In this document: positions 32,969-42,418 of the stretch, in pieces
Numbering within the stretch: the stretch's first letter is position 1
How the letters are laid out: each line of letters opens with the position of its first letter
Notes under the pieces: model-generated
The model's database searches: none
Seen by the model: only the letters and a program-made list of their open reading frames with translations
What the model was told of the DNA's origin: nothing
Translations under genes and position numbers: made by a program
Source: a virus
IMG/VR virus record: IMGVR_UViG_3300045988_051359
Strand: one strand, 5' to 3'
Length of the DNA stretch: 64,000 nucleotides

Positions 32969-33427
32969 CTAAGACGTTGTTGTTTCTTCTTGTACTTCAT
33001 ACACATTTAAGTTTAATTCATTGCTGGCATTATAAGCAAGCTTATCAGCTTTCTCATTATACTCAGAACCATTATGTCCTTTAACCCATCTCACGTCTAT
33101 AAGCTTATGACGTTCAATAGCCTTATCAAGTCTAGCCCATAAGTCAGTATTAGCTTTCCTTTTCCAGTTCTTAGTAAGAGTACCTACTATATACATGGAA
33201 TCAGTAACTATAATGACTTCTGAGCTAGTTTTAATGGATTCTAATGCGACTATAACTGCCATTAGCTCCATTCTTTGATTAGTACTATTTACATACATTT
33301 TACTGTAGGAGAATACTTCCTTTCCATCTTCCACGATAACGAATCCTATTCCACCTTGGTTTCTGGCAGGAGAGTATGCTCCATCAGTGAATATTGTATA
33401 CTTATGCATCAGCTGTAGGATCTTCAA
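32969..33427 (-). CDS. rnhA: ribonuclease H (RNase HI)
   Basis: 'IFTDGAYS', 'NQRMELMAVIVALE', 'IVTDSMYIVG', 'WVKGHNGSEYNEKADKLA' match the RNase HI catalytic DEDD and basic protrusion. Confidence 0.9.
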   Translation of the reverse strand: MKILQLMHKYTIFTDGAYSPARNQGGIGFVIVEDGKEVFSYSKMYVNSTNQRMELMAVIVALESIKTSSEVIIVTDSMYIVGTLTKNWKRKANTDLWARLDKAIERHKLIDVRWVKGHNGSEYNEKADKLAYNASNELNLNVYEVQEETTTS

Positions 33428-33980
33428 CGAAATCTTCGTCGGAATCTGTTTCAGCTTCTGTTGCTTTGTGAAGTAAATGTAATGTCCACATTCCTAATAC
33501 GAATGCAACATACAATTCATCCTCAGGCTCTTCATATGTAAGCTGTTCTAATACGGCATTACATACTTCCATCAATGAGAAATCATCCTTAGACATTTCT
33601 TCATCAGATATCTTAGTCATATCATCTATATAAGGTCTAACTTTCTGTATAGCCATATCAAATGACTTAGATAGTCGCAAACCCTTATCACCAGCATCTA
33701 TAGCTGCATGAAAAGGTTCTTGTAACTCATCTCTAAGATATCCTAATGCAAAGGCTCTGGTTATGTCTCCTTTAGCTAAATCCAAGAAAGATTCAGCATT
33801 AAGAAACTCATCTAATTCAAATTCGATGTCTTTAATGTCTATTAATTTACCCATTTGATTATTGAAGTAAACTTCCAATTTTATCGGCCATGGAAGTTGC
33901 TTTAGTAGAGACTTCGCTAAGATTAGCTGTCTCAGTTTGTAATAAAATAATCTCTTGTTCTTTAGCTGCTTTCTCATCAT
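33402..33980 (-). CDS. hypothetical protein
   Basis: 192 aa ORF. Confidence 0.45.
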   Translation of the reverse strand: MMRKQLKNKRLFYYKLRQLILAKSLLKQLPWPIKLEVYFNNQMGKLIDIKDIEFELDEFLNAESFLDLAKGDITRAFALGYLRDELQEPFHAAIDAGDKGLRLSKSFDMAIQKVRPYIDDMTKISDEEMSKDDFSLMEVCNAVLEQLTYEEPEDELYVAFVLGMWTLHLLHKATEAETDSDEDFVEDPTADA

Positions 33981-34133
33981 CTGCTCTTTTAGCTACATCA
34001 CGTAACTTATTAACAGTAGACTGAAATGCATCAATAATCTTGGAGGATTCCTCTGCCAGAGAAGAACTAGTAATTTTATTTACTTTCTTACCTATTATCA
34101 TAAGAGTTATTTAGTTACAAGACTTAAGGGATG

Positions 34134-34204
34134 TCGCCACCAGAGGATTCGAACCCCTGCCACTACGCGTACTGTAGACCCGATCGAAACGATTGTCAAT
34201 GGCG
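34134..34204 (-). tRNA. degenerate tRNA-like element (possible Val-TAC); non-canonical D and anticodon arms
   Basis: T-arm AGGGG-TTCGAAT-CCTCT and acceptor CGCCATT/GGTGGCG (with GU pairs). Anticodon loop AGTACGC lacks U33. Confidence 0.3.
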
Positions 34205-34517
34205 TTGGAGCAGTGATTAAGACTTATGTCTTTAAAGAGGTATGCTGCACCCACCCCACTCCTTGTACTTCGGAGCATATCTTATTTCATATACTAGACT
34301 CTGCTTTAGTCATCATCGCTAGAGTTAATTATAATCCAGTCTCTAGCCTGGTTTCATTTTCACTTGCTTAAGCTTACTACACTTAGTGCATACAAAAAGG
34401 TATACATGGGAACAAGGAACTTCTTCATCATTCATGTATACATTCATGTGCTTTAATTCCTTCCAAGTATGCCGACATGTTAGTTTCAGTATCCAATTCT
34501 TTAATAGCTCTTTCATA

Positions 34518-34802
34518 TTACAGTATTTTAGTCACTTTACCAAATACAGATTTAGTCCATCCATTAATTCTACCGTGATTGTTTCCTATGAGAACTCCTC
34601 TATCTCCCTTAGCTTTAACTAAGTGAGTATAATACCTTCCTTTAACTTTGCAAAAGACGATATCTCCCACTTCTACTTCATCTAGGGTTATTGGACTTAA
34701 GACATGCTTTTGTCCCGATTTGATTAGAGGAGTCATGGAATTTCCCTTCTCTGAAGTTACGAAGGAGTTTCCTTCTGCCAACATCTTTACCTTGTATAGC
34801 AT
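34518..34802 (-). CDS. S24 (LexA/UmuD-like) peptidase domain protein
   Basis: 'GNSMTPLI' Ser nucleophile motif and downstream Lys ('KVKGRYYTHLVK'). Overlaps the upstream ORF by 125 nt in another frame. Confidence 0.45.
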   Translation of the reverse strand: MLYKVKMLAEGNSFVTSEKGNSMTPLIKSGQKHVLSPITLDEVEVGDIVFCKVKGRYYTHLVKAKGDRGVLIGNNHGRINGWTKSVFGKVTKIL

Positions 34803-35175
34803 TAGCCATTAATTGCATTTCATAGATAAAATTTAATCTCTGTTCCATTCTGGAACCGTTAGTCACTCTCTCAAACATAGATAAATGTCCTCCATTGCCA
34901 CATAAACAATATTCCATTAAGGTGTCATATCGCTGTTTCTTAGCCTCTAATTCAGTTTCTGGAATGGGATATCTTTTAAGTTCAAGACCTCTGTATAAAT
35001 CAACAAGTTCGCCCAATGCAGATGACAGTTTTAATAATGCCATTACATTGGGCGCACGATGCCTTTCACATTTATTGACGTATTCTTCTAAAGCTAAATC
35101 CCAGTCACCGAATACATATTTGACTTGTGACAATTCAATTTCAGTAACCTTTCTTAGAAATTCATAAATCTTCAT
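34678..35175 (-). CDS. hypothetical protein (possibly the N-terminal part of a frameshifted repressor-like gene)
   Basis: 165 aa ORF whose 3' end overlaps the S24-domain ORF. Confidence 0.4.
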   Translation of the reverse strand: MKIYEFLRKVTEIELSQVKYVFGDWDLALEEYVNKCERHRAPNVMALLKLSSALGELVDLYRGLELKRYPIPETELEAKKQRYDTLMEYCLCGNGGHLSMFERVTNGSRMEQRLNFIYEMQLMANAIQGKDVGRRKLLRNFREGKFHDSSNQIGTKACLKSNNPR

Positions 35176-35338
35176 TATTAACTGCTTTAGACGTTATTAC
35201 CTTACTTTCAGTCCTTTCTTTAGTCTTGATAGCAGCTTTACACGCTTTAGCTTTCATTACTAACGGACACTCACAATAACCTGTTGGATTATACCAACAG
35301 CAATAATCACACTGATGCATACAACATAATTTTAATTG

Positions 35339-35422
35339 TGACGCAGAAGGGAGTCGAACCCTCAATCCCAAATGGGCACGGGTGTTTAAGACCCGTCTGT
35401 ATACCAATTCCAGCACTGCGCC
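35339..35422 (-). tRNA. tRNA-Leu (anticodon TAA), type II
   Basis: Acceptor GGCGCAG/CTGCGTC, anticodon stem CGGGT/ACCCG with loop CTTAAAC, long variable arm, T-arm GAGGG-TTCGACT-CCCTT. Confidence 0.8.
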
Positions 35423-35652
35423 ATCATTACTACACAATACATGCAAGAAGAAGTAACATTATTATAGTTACTATTGATATGGAGAACATTACTTTAACGA
35501 ATTTATCATTGACATTCCATATCATTGCTAGAACTGCACTTCCTAGGGACATTGCAGCTAAAGTTACCAATACACATCTTAAAACCATCATATTTCACAC
35601 TGCTCTTCATTTAATCTATCAATCCAATTGATTAATAGACGATATAACCATT

Positions 35653-35952
35653 TCATTTCCTTAATACTTTCTTTGCATACTCACCATAGGTACCATGTCT
35701 CTTCATAAACGGAGTTGGAAACCTATAATCGAATTTATAATCACATACATCATAATCGTTCACAATCTCCCTACTAGAAGAAATCTCATAGTCTAGGATA
35801 TCTTTAAGTGTTAGAATATCTCTAGTCTGTTGTCTTTGGCGTCTCTTAACCTTTCGGTTATACCAATTGCGTTTAACTTTAGGTCCTTTAACAATAGGGA
35901 TTTTACGTTTACTCCTAGTCATTCTGTACACAATCACAATAAGTATCAACAA
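35653..35952 (-). CDS. basic hypothetical protein
   Basis: 99 aa. Confidence 0.4.
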   Translation of the reverse strand: MLILIVIVYRMTRSKRKIPIVKGPKVKRNWYNRKVKRRQRQQTRDILTLKDILDYEISSSREIVNDYDVCDYKFDYRFPTPFMKRHGTYGEYAKKVLRK

Positions 35953-36316
35953 AATCTTTAGCTTCTTTTAAACCACATTTAGCAGATTCCTTCACATGCT
36001 TAACTGCCCATAGCTTACCGTCTTGTTTTACAACATTCTTCATTTTAAAGAAATCCTCAACTGACAAGTCAATTTCGTTATTGCAGCACTTCTTATAAGC
36101 AAGCATAGCATCGTCGTACTCTCTAGGAGCTTCTGCCCAGGTGATTTGCTGGTCTAAGATAACTGAACAGGTTCCGTCAAGTATATCATACTCTCTGGAC
36201 TCTACAGTGAACTTACCAGCTTCTAGCACTACTATGTCTGTAGGAAGTGGAATCATCTCTGATGAGATTGATACCTCTTCTACTACCTTATCATCTTTTA
36301 TAAACTTTACATACAT
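35915..36316 (-). CDS. hypothetical protein
   Basis: 133 aa. Confidence 0.45.
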   Translation of the reverse strand: MYVKFIKDDKVVEEVSISSEMIPLPTDIVVLEAGKFTVESREYDILDGTCSVILDQQITWAEAPREYDDAMLAYKKCCNNEIDLSVEDFFKMKNVVKQDGKLWAVKHVKESAKCGLKEAKDFVDTYCDCVQND

Positions 36317-36341
36317 AATCTTTATCTGTTAATTAATAATG

Positions 36342-36415
36342 TGGCGAGAAGGTGACTCGAACACCCAACCTTGCGATTATGAGTCGCACGCTCTAGCCAG
36401 TTGAGCTATCTCGCC
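36342..36415 (-). tRNA. tRNA-Met (anticodon CAT)
   Basis: Perfect acceptor GGCGAGA/TCTCGCC, D-arm GCTC..GAGC, anticodon stem TGCGA/TCGCA with loop CTCATAA, T-loop TTCGAGT. Confidence 0.85.
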
Positions 36416-36666
36416 ATTAATAAGAACATAAAGCTCATCGTGTTACATCATTACTAATGTGACCTTACTCTCTCCCGTATGCTCTCCAACCTAGGTGGGA
36501 TGATGTTGTCTCCTTATATTCTTATATAGTAATCCGCCTAGCAAAATGTGAACTATTATGCTAATTATTGACTCACCTGCCCTTACTTAAATAGCTCGTC
36601 AGCTAACATTGGAGAGGCTCTTGTCATTTCTATACCCTTGTTCACTACAGGTGGTGGATTTATAAG

Positions 36667-37470
36667 CTAACGATATTTATCGAATATGCTATCTGTAGCT
36701 TCGGTATCCCACATAGTAGCAATAATTGCTCCTATTTCATTTGCCTTAAATACGATTGGATCCTCAAGCTGACGTTTTCTAGCCTCCTCTTTACCTGAAT
36801 ACATTCTGATAGTTATATTATCTGTCATAGTATCATAGGGAGCTGCTATACACCAGTCATTGTCATTTAAGGTATATGAACTGAAGCTTACACTGTCCTC
36901 AACTTCTGGGTGTCCTATAGCACGCATATATTGCCATCCAGAAGAGATGCCATCCACTACAAACGGGAATCTTGAGAAATATTCAACGATTTCATTTACT
37001 ATACTCTTTGGCATATCGGAATTTATATCTATTCTAGGAACCCATTGCATGTTATTAATATTCTTTATTTTATGCAATTCCTTTCCAGCCTTTACGATAG
37101 CTTCAACGTTCTCCTCAGGAATAACTCCCTTATAAGTTGAAATAGGACCACAAGCCAAGTTGTATTTCTTCAATACTTTAAAGAAATCATCATAAGGAAC
37201 TATCATACAAGAAGGACTCACTTCCTTGATTCTACCAATAAGAGAGGCAATTTCATCTATAGATTTACTAGAACCTTTAGCAGTTAATAAAGTACGAAGT
37301 GCTTCAGCATTCTTAGTTTTACCCAATCCATTAGCCTCTAGCTTAGCAATCTGAGCTTTAATATCTTCTGTCTTATCAACATTCTGCCCTTCCAAGTATT
37401 TCTTACAATACTCCATAGAAGCAACTACTAGGGCATTACGTAGAGCTTCTGCATTCAAATTATTTACCAT
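36667..37470 (-). CDS. hypothetical protein
   Basis: 267 aa. Confidence 0.5.
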   Translation of the reverse strand: MVNNLNAEALRNALVVASMEYCKKYLEGQNVDKTEDIKAQIAKLEANGLGKTKNAEALRTLLTAKGSSKSIDEIASLIGRIKEVSPSCMIVPYDDFFKVLKKYNLACGPISTYKGVIPEENVEAIVKAGKELHKIKNINNMQWVPRIDINSDMPKSIVNEIVEYFSRFPFVVDGISSGWQYMRAIGHPEVEDSVSFSSYTLNDNDWCIAAPYDTMTDNITIRMYSGKEEARKRQLEDPIVFKANEIGAIIATMWDTEATDSIFDKYR

Positions 37471-37933
37471 TGTTATGACTTATTATACTGTTTATATAAC
37501 GTGCACTATACACTATGAACGTACAGCCGCTACTTCCAGTTACTAAGAGTAGGAGTACACATATAAGCTGATTGTACCAAGGTCCGTACTCGGTTCTAGA
37601 TATATTAAAATAGAATGTGTTCTTAACACCATTAATAATAGCCCTATTCCAGGTTGGAGTGTCTACGGCTAGCTTAAATGTGTTATTAAACCCTTCAGCT
37701 TGCAATACAAGTTTATTTACTTTCTTAGTAGTAGAATTACCATCTTGTGTAATAGTTTCATCCTCTACTATTCTGTCTATGACTTTGCATTTGACTATGT
37801 GGTCAACATTCATATCATGCCAGAACTGAGTAGTATACACTTTAATACACAAACATAATATTAACAAAGCTACTATCGCAATCCTTCCTGAAACCTTTTC
37901 GACTTCAGGTCTTAAGTCAATTATTGTTGGCAT
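37460..37933 (-). CDS. membrane protein
   Basis: N-terminal TM 'IAIVALLILCLCI'. 157 aa. Confidence 0.45.
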   Translation of the reverse strand: MPTIIDLRPEVEKVSGRIAIVALLILCLCIKVYTTQFWHDMNVDHIVKCKVIDRIVEDETITQDGNSTTKKVNKLVLQAEGFNNTFKLAVDTPTWNRAIINGVKNTFYFNISRTEYGPWYNQLICVLLLLVTGSSGCTFIVYSARYINSIISHNNGK

Positions 37934-38115
37934 CTTCTACACTTAATAATTGAGTTGCCTTATCCATTCCTAATTCATATGCTTCAGCAATTAATACTAC
38001 TGCATCGGCTAATGTAAGCTTATTACCATTTGCTTCAGCAAACTCGCCTGCCTCTTCAAAGATTTCTTTCAAATTATCTGCCATAATTAAATACATTTTA
38101 AAGTTAATACTCTAG

Positions 38116-38196
38116 TAGGGTAGGAGAGACTCGAACTCTCACACCCGAAGGTATCAGTGCCTAAAACTGACGTGTCTACCATTCCACCACTACCCC
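38116..38196 (-). tRNA. tRNA-Leu (anticodon TAG), type II
   Basis: Acceptor GGGGTAG/CTACCCT, anticodon stem TCAGT/ACTGA with loop TTTAGGC, long variable arm, T-arm GAGAG-TTCGAGT-CTCTC. Confidence 0.75.
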
Positions 38197-38197
38197 G

Positions 38198-38440
38198 TTA
38201 CTGTTTTAATAATTTAATGAATTCATCTTCGTTTCCCTTATAGTATTGCTGAAGATATGCTATATATACAGCTTCATTCTTAACTATTTGAGGGAATTTA
38301 TTCTCAAACTCAATTACTCTTTCTTCTCCAACTACGCTAACATGAAAGTCTCTAGCATCATTACTAGGACTACATAGCAACATAAATAAAATAACTATTA
38401 GATACTTCATTATAAATAAAAGAAAGAGGAGTGTTGCCAC
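38198..38440 (-). CDS. small secreted/membrane protein
   Basis: Signal-like N-terminus 'LLFLLFIMKYLIVILFMLLCS'. 80 aa. Confidence 0.4.
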   Translation of the reverse strand: MATLLFLLFIMKYLIVILFMLLCSPSNDARDFHVSVVGEERVIEFENKFPQIVKNEAVYIAYLQQYYKGNEDEFIKLLKQ

Positions 38441-38470
38441 TCCCTTTCTAGTTTTAACCCAAAGTCAGTG

Positions 38471-39910
38471 TTAATCCTTAAAGTCGTTACGACTATATTC
38501 GAAATAAGTTTCACACATCTTTAACGTCGTTTCAATCTTATCAGCTCCGAGCAATCCTATTAACCCAGCGGCTAATTTATCAGCAGGAGTTTCGATAATA
38601 GCTTTCTTAGAAGCAAGACCAACTTGACGTTGATAGGATTCAACACTGGTCTTAATATGGAACGATGTTACATGGGTCTCCTCAGTAAAGATAAGCTTAG
38701 ACTTAGTAGATTCTACAATTTCAGCCATAAATGCCGGAGCAATCTGTGCCTTAGCAATGTAGTTACATACATCTGACAAGTCGTCGTCTACGCTATAACC
38801 TTCAGCTTCGGAGAATGTTTCACGAATAAACCTTTCGGCTGTCTCAGCATCAAGACAATCCATAGTAATCACAGAACCAATTCTCTTACCTCTTAAGAAG
38901 GTAGGTTCAATCAGCTCAATATGATTAGTAGTAAATAAAGTGATTACGTTCATATCTTTGGTATCGCCGCCATCCAAAGTATTCAGAATATCCTGCATTG
39001 CAGAATCTCTGTTACCTCTAGTTACCTGGTCAATATCCTCTACAAAGACAATAACACCATGACCTGAACGGTCTACTACTTTACACATACGGAGAGTTTC
39101 AGCTAACAGAGAAGGGTCTTTTAGATATACGAATGACCATCCGTTGTTTACCGCATCTTTGGCCAGTTTAAATGCCAGTAGGGTCTTACCAGTGCCGTAT
39201 TTACCTTCCAGTAAGCAGCCATACTTCAAAGGAATACCCTTTGCAATACATTTCTCTGGGTACAAGATTCTTGAACGAAGCGGTTGCAGCTCAAATTCTG
39301 TCTTCTTTGACAGGACCATAAACTGCTTATCAATACCAGCTAGAGTCATAATCTTCGGTTCACTCAGATTGGTAATTTCAAGTGCCTGGTTCTTATAGAT
39401 AGATTCAGTTGCGAGCAATTCTTTAGTCCTCTCAACAATATCATCAATAAGAGATTGGTACTTGAATTGGCATTGACCTTTAACCAATAGTAAATGACGG
39501 TCGTTGTCATAGTTAATATTGATTTCAGAATCCTCACCAAGTTCTTCCAAAGAGATTTTACCAAAAGGTACTTTAGTACGAGAGCCGTCAGCTAAGATGA
39601 CATCTACGGTGTCAATATTACTGTTGCCTGAAGGACTCTTATCCTCCTTACTAACAGCAGAACCAAACACTTCGTTTATAGCTCTATTCAATTGATACAC
39701 ACCATCTGGTTTCCAACACAGGAGTGTGTACTTGAATGATGCCATCTTCTTAGACTGCTTGATTTCGCCTTCAATGAAGCCCAGGACGTCCGCGTACTTC
39801 ATATTACTTTGGCACACTTCGATGATTCTCTGTTTCTGAGATTCCTCGTACTTGTTAACTCTAGCTGCTATAGCAGCGGTGGTTCCTTGCGGAATAATGT
39901 TCTTCGCCAT
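38471..39910 (-). CDS. AAA+ ATPase
   Basis: Walker A 'GKYGTGKTLLA', Walker B 'VIVFVEDID', sensor/arginine-finger region. 479 aa. Confidence 0.7.
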   Translation of the reverse strand: MAKNIIPQGTTAAIAARVNKYEESQKQRIIEVCQSNMKYADVLGFIEGEIKQSKKMASFKYTLLCWKPDGVYQLNRAINEVFGSAVSKEDKSPSGNSNIDTVDVILADGSRTKVPFGKISLEELGEDSEININYDNDRHLLLVKGQCQFKYQSLIDDIVERTKELLATESIYKNQALEITNLSEPKIMTLAGIDKQFMVLSKKTEFELQPLRSRILYPEKCIAKGIPLKYGCLLEGKYGTGKTLLAFKLAKDAVNNGWSFVYLKDPSLLAETLRMCKVVDRSGHGVIVFVEDIDQVTRGNRDSAMQDILNTLDGGDTKDMNVITLFTTNHIELIEPTFLRGKRIGSVITMDCLDAETAERFIRETFSEAEGYSVDDDLSDVCNYIAKAQIAPAFMAEIVESTKSKLIFTEETHVTSFHIKTSVESYQRQVGLASKKAIIETPADKLAAGLIGLLGADKIETTLKMCETYFEYSRNDFKD

Positions 39911-40201
39911 TACTTGTTAGGTTTATTAATCTTATTTACTTCCTTAATAATTGCCTCGCAATTCTCTCTGGTTGTAGTTAAACAACCTAATTGAATGATT
40001 GAACCATCTTGAGTGACGGTAAGATTCTTATCATCAATTGTGGTTCTACATTCACTTCCCCTAATAATACTTTTAATCAATGGGTAGGGTAATGCAGTAT
40101 TCTTACAGAATATTACATTCTTGCCTTCCACATAAATGACATCGTAGCCGTCAATGCTACCTACTACCTTCCTCATAAAAAGACTCTTATCATCAATTGT
40201 G

Positions 40202-40275
40202 TGGGCCCAGCCAGACTTGAACTGACAACCTCAACATTATGAGTGTTTTGCTCTAACCGATTGAGCTATGAGCCC
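40202..40275 (-). tRNA. tRNA-Met/Ile2 (anticodon CAT)
   Basis: Acceptor GGGCTCA/TGGGCCC, D-arm GCTCAATCGGTTAGAGC, anticodon loop CTCATAA, T-loop TTCAAGT. Confidence 0.8.
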
Positions 40276-40357
40276 TTAACTCTTTAAAACTGACACAATC
40301 AATAGTAAGGTCTTATTAATAACAAACTCATTAACATATTAAAATCATAATTAGTAG

Positions 40358-40429
40358 TTGGACTATCAGGATTCAAACCTGAGCTTCAAGATCCAAATTC
40401 TTGCGTGACTGTCGCTACACCATAGTCCA
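40358..40429 (-). tRNA. tRNA-Gln (anticodon TTG)
   Basis: Acceptor TGGACTA/TAGTCCA, anticodon stem CAAGA/TCTTG with loop ATTTGGA, T-arm TCAGG-TTTGAAT-CCTGA; 3-bp D-stem. Confidence 0.65.
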
Positions 40430-40444
40430 ATTACTAAGGGAATA

Positions 40445-41491
40445 CTATGACTCCCTTACATGCTCTTCATAAATATACAGTTCAAAGTTAGGTCTTATAA
40501 ACATATCTTTGTCTGTAGCTTCGTCCCAATGAGTAACTATAACCTTCTTGCGAACGTTATGGCTAAACATAGAATCAATATTGAGACTATGCCTAAACAA
40601 AACTGGATCAAACTCTATAGCCCGGAAAGATTTCTGAAAGTCGTTAAATTGGTTGTTGGGGTCTACAACAGGTCTAACTGGCTTATCAGAAGGAAACGGA
40701 CCGTTACCATGACGTGTTATGTATGGTCTAGTAACGTAATTAACCGTAACGGTGTCATTACATCCAATTTGTTTTAGTATTTGATGAGCATTCTGTGATG
40801 TTGTATTAGATGGAGTGCAATGAGGCATTATTCCGAATCTTTGGTCTAATAATATACCTTGAGAACCTTCAAAGATAAGATTGTCGTAATCTTTCCATAT
40901 AGCTTCTAAGGTACTTACTTGGACAGTGTTGAAATATGCATTCACAGTTCTGCACCAATTATCCAAGTCAATTGATGGATATACACTATTCATGTGATAA
41001 TAGTTGTCTGCTATTGCATTAACTTTCTCTCTAAGAATATGTACATTCAAGCAATCTATAACCATAAGATTATACCCCGACTTCACTCGGTCTAAACACG
41101 TTTTAAAACCAGTCCCTACAGTACCGTGACGTAGATTTACTACGTCGCTCACTTGGGAATAGACGTCGAATGGTACTATGACTTGACATAATGGATTATA
41201 AATAATTTTAGGAGTAATACCTAATTTCTTTAAATCCATTGCTTCAAGTGTAGAGGTTACTGGGTCTACAGTACAGTATTCAGACCAATATGTAGGCACT
41301 CCTAGTAAGGTTCCACTTCCAAAGTTACTAAATGTGTGCATAAGGTCTCCGTATTTAACAGTATGGCCAACTTGATGTCCGCCACTAAACCTTATTACAA
41401 GTGAGTTCTCTGGATTCTTAGCACATATATTATGTACTGTCTGCCCCTTACCTTCATCGCCCATAAATGAGCCTAACACTATACTAATCAT
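40445..41491 (-). CDS. adenylosuccinate synthetase family protein, short form (PurA/PurZ-like)
   Basis: 'GDEGKGQ' P-loop, 'GGHQVGHTV', 'FEGSQGILLD', 'TPSNT', 'GNGPFP' all match PurA core motifs. 349 aa from the ATG at 41491 (the track's TTG at 41599 adds a non-homologous extension). Confidence 0.75.
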   Translation of the reverse strand: MISIVLGSFMGDEGKGQTVHNICAKNPENSLVIRFSGGHQVGHTVKYGDLMHTFSNFGSGTLLGVPTYWSEYCTVDPVTSTLEAMDLKKLGITPKIIYNPLCQVIVPFDVYSQVSDVVNLRHGTVGTGFKTCLDRVKSGYNLMVIDCLNVHILREKVNAIADNYYHMNSVYPSIDLDNWCRTVNAYFNTVQVSTLEAIWKDYDNLIFEGSQGILLDQRFGIMPHCTPSNTTSQNAHQILKQIGCNDTVTVNYVTRPYITRHGNGPFPSDKPVRPVVDPNNQFNDFQKSFRAIEFDPVLFRHSLNIDSMFSHNVRKKVIVTHWDEATDKDMFIRPNFELYIYEEHVRES

Positions 41492-41495
41492 GATT

Positions 41496-42416
41496 TTAAT
41501 AGAAATTTTGTTTGTCTTCGGTAGTTGTACTACTAGAAGCATCACTAGGAGTTTCTGCATACACAGGCTCCTCGTAATTGTCTTTAATTGCTTTAGCAAT
41601 TACTTTATCCACTTCATCAGATTTGCACATTAGTACATTCTGTCCAAGTAGATTCTTCCAAGATTCAGCCACCCTTGTGCCATAACTGGCATTAGTAATG
41701 TGAATGTGGAATACATGGTACTGTTCTTGTGCTTTCCGAATTGCTTCATTAGCACTAATAGAACCAGCACCTTTTTGATACCCTAGAATTTCAGTTAAAC
41801 TATTACCTGGGATTCCTTGTAAATTAGGTTCATCGCCAATAGTAAACAAGAATCCTTTAGTATGTCTTTGGAACCAAGAATCAGTTTCAGTGTGATATCC
41901 TGCAACTATGTGAGCTAATAAATAACTCTCACCTGCATTACCACCACCTCCACCTTCTATTACTAAGGACTCTAATGAATTTAGAATCTTCTCAGTATCA
42001 GATTCAAACTGTCCAACCTGAATAGGATATCTGTCATATTCGTGGTCTCCAACTGCCATAAATAACAATTGAGGATCACGTACTCCCATTTGCATGACAG
42101 AATCCATAATCTTAGGTAAATGGTTCTTAATCATTTCATAAGGAGTATTCATCATTGAACCAGTAACATCCAGTGCAATGATTATCGGAGTAGAGTATGG
42201 ATGTTCTTGAGAGTCACGACACTCACGAACTCCAACATTGACCATTTCAGCTTTAACTTGAGTATTAAAGCTACGTGCATTTACATTAAACGACGCTGCT
42301 GTATTACTAGCATCTACTGAAACGTTCTTAAAGAGCTGGTCACGCGATACCCTAGTATACCCTCTATCATCAGATAGAGTGTTATAGGCAATGCTACTAT
42401 AAACACCACTTCCCAT
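41496..42416 (-). CDS. von Willebrand factor A (vWA) domain protein
   Basis: MIDAS 'DVTGSM' with downstream 'TIGDEPN' acidic motif. 306 aa. Confidence 0.6.
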   Translation of the reverse strand: MGSGVYSSIAYNTLSDDRGYTRVSRDQLFKNVSVDASNTAASFNVNARSFNTQVKAEMVNVGVRECRDSQEHPYSTPIIIALDVTGSMMNTPYEMIKNHLPKIMDSVMQMGVRDPQLLFMAVGDHEYDRYPIQVGQFESDTEKILNSLESLVIEGGGGGNAGESYLLAHIVAGYHTETDSWFQRHTKGFLFTIGDEPNLQGIPGNSLTEILGYQKGAGSISANEAIRKAQEQYHVFHIHITNASYGTRVAESWKNLLGQNVLMCKSDEVDKVIAKAIKDNYEEPVYAETPSDASSSTTTEDKQNFY

Positions 42417-42418
42417 AA

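Noticed and set aside
34128-34215. Initial reading of 34128-34215 as a canonical tRNA
   Set aside because: The T-arm and acceptor pair (with GU), but the D-arm and anticodon loop (no U33) are non-canonical. It is kept only as a low-confidence tRNA-like element.
35321-35446. N-terminal part of ORF 35162..35446
   Set aside because: It overlaps tRNA-Leu(TAA) completely. Only the 3' portion (from the internal Met at ~35320) could encode a small Cys-rich protein, and even that is weak.
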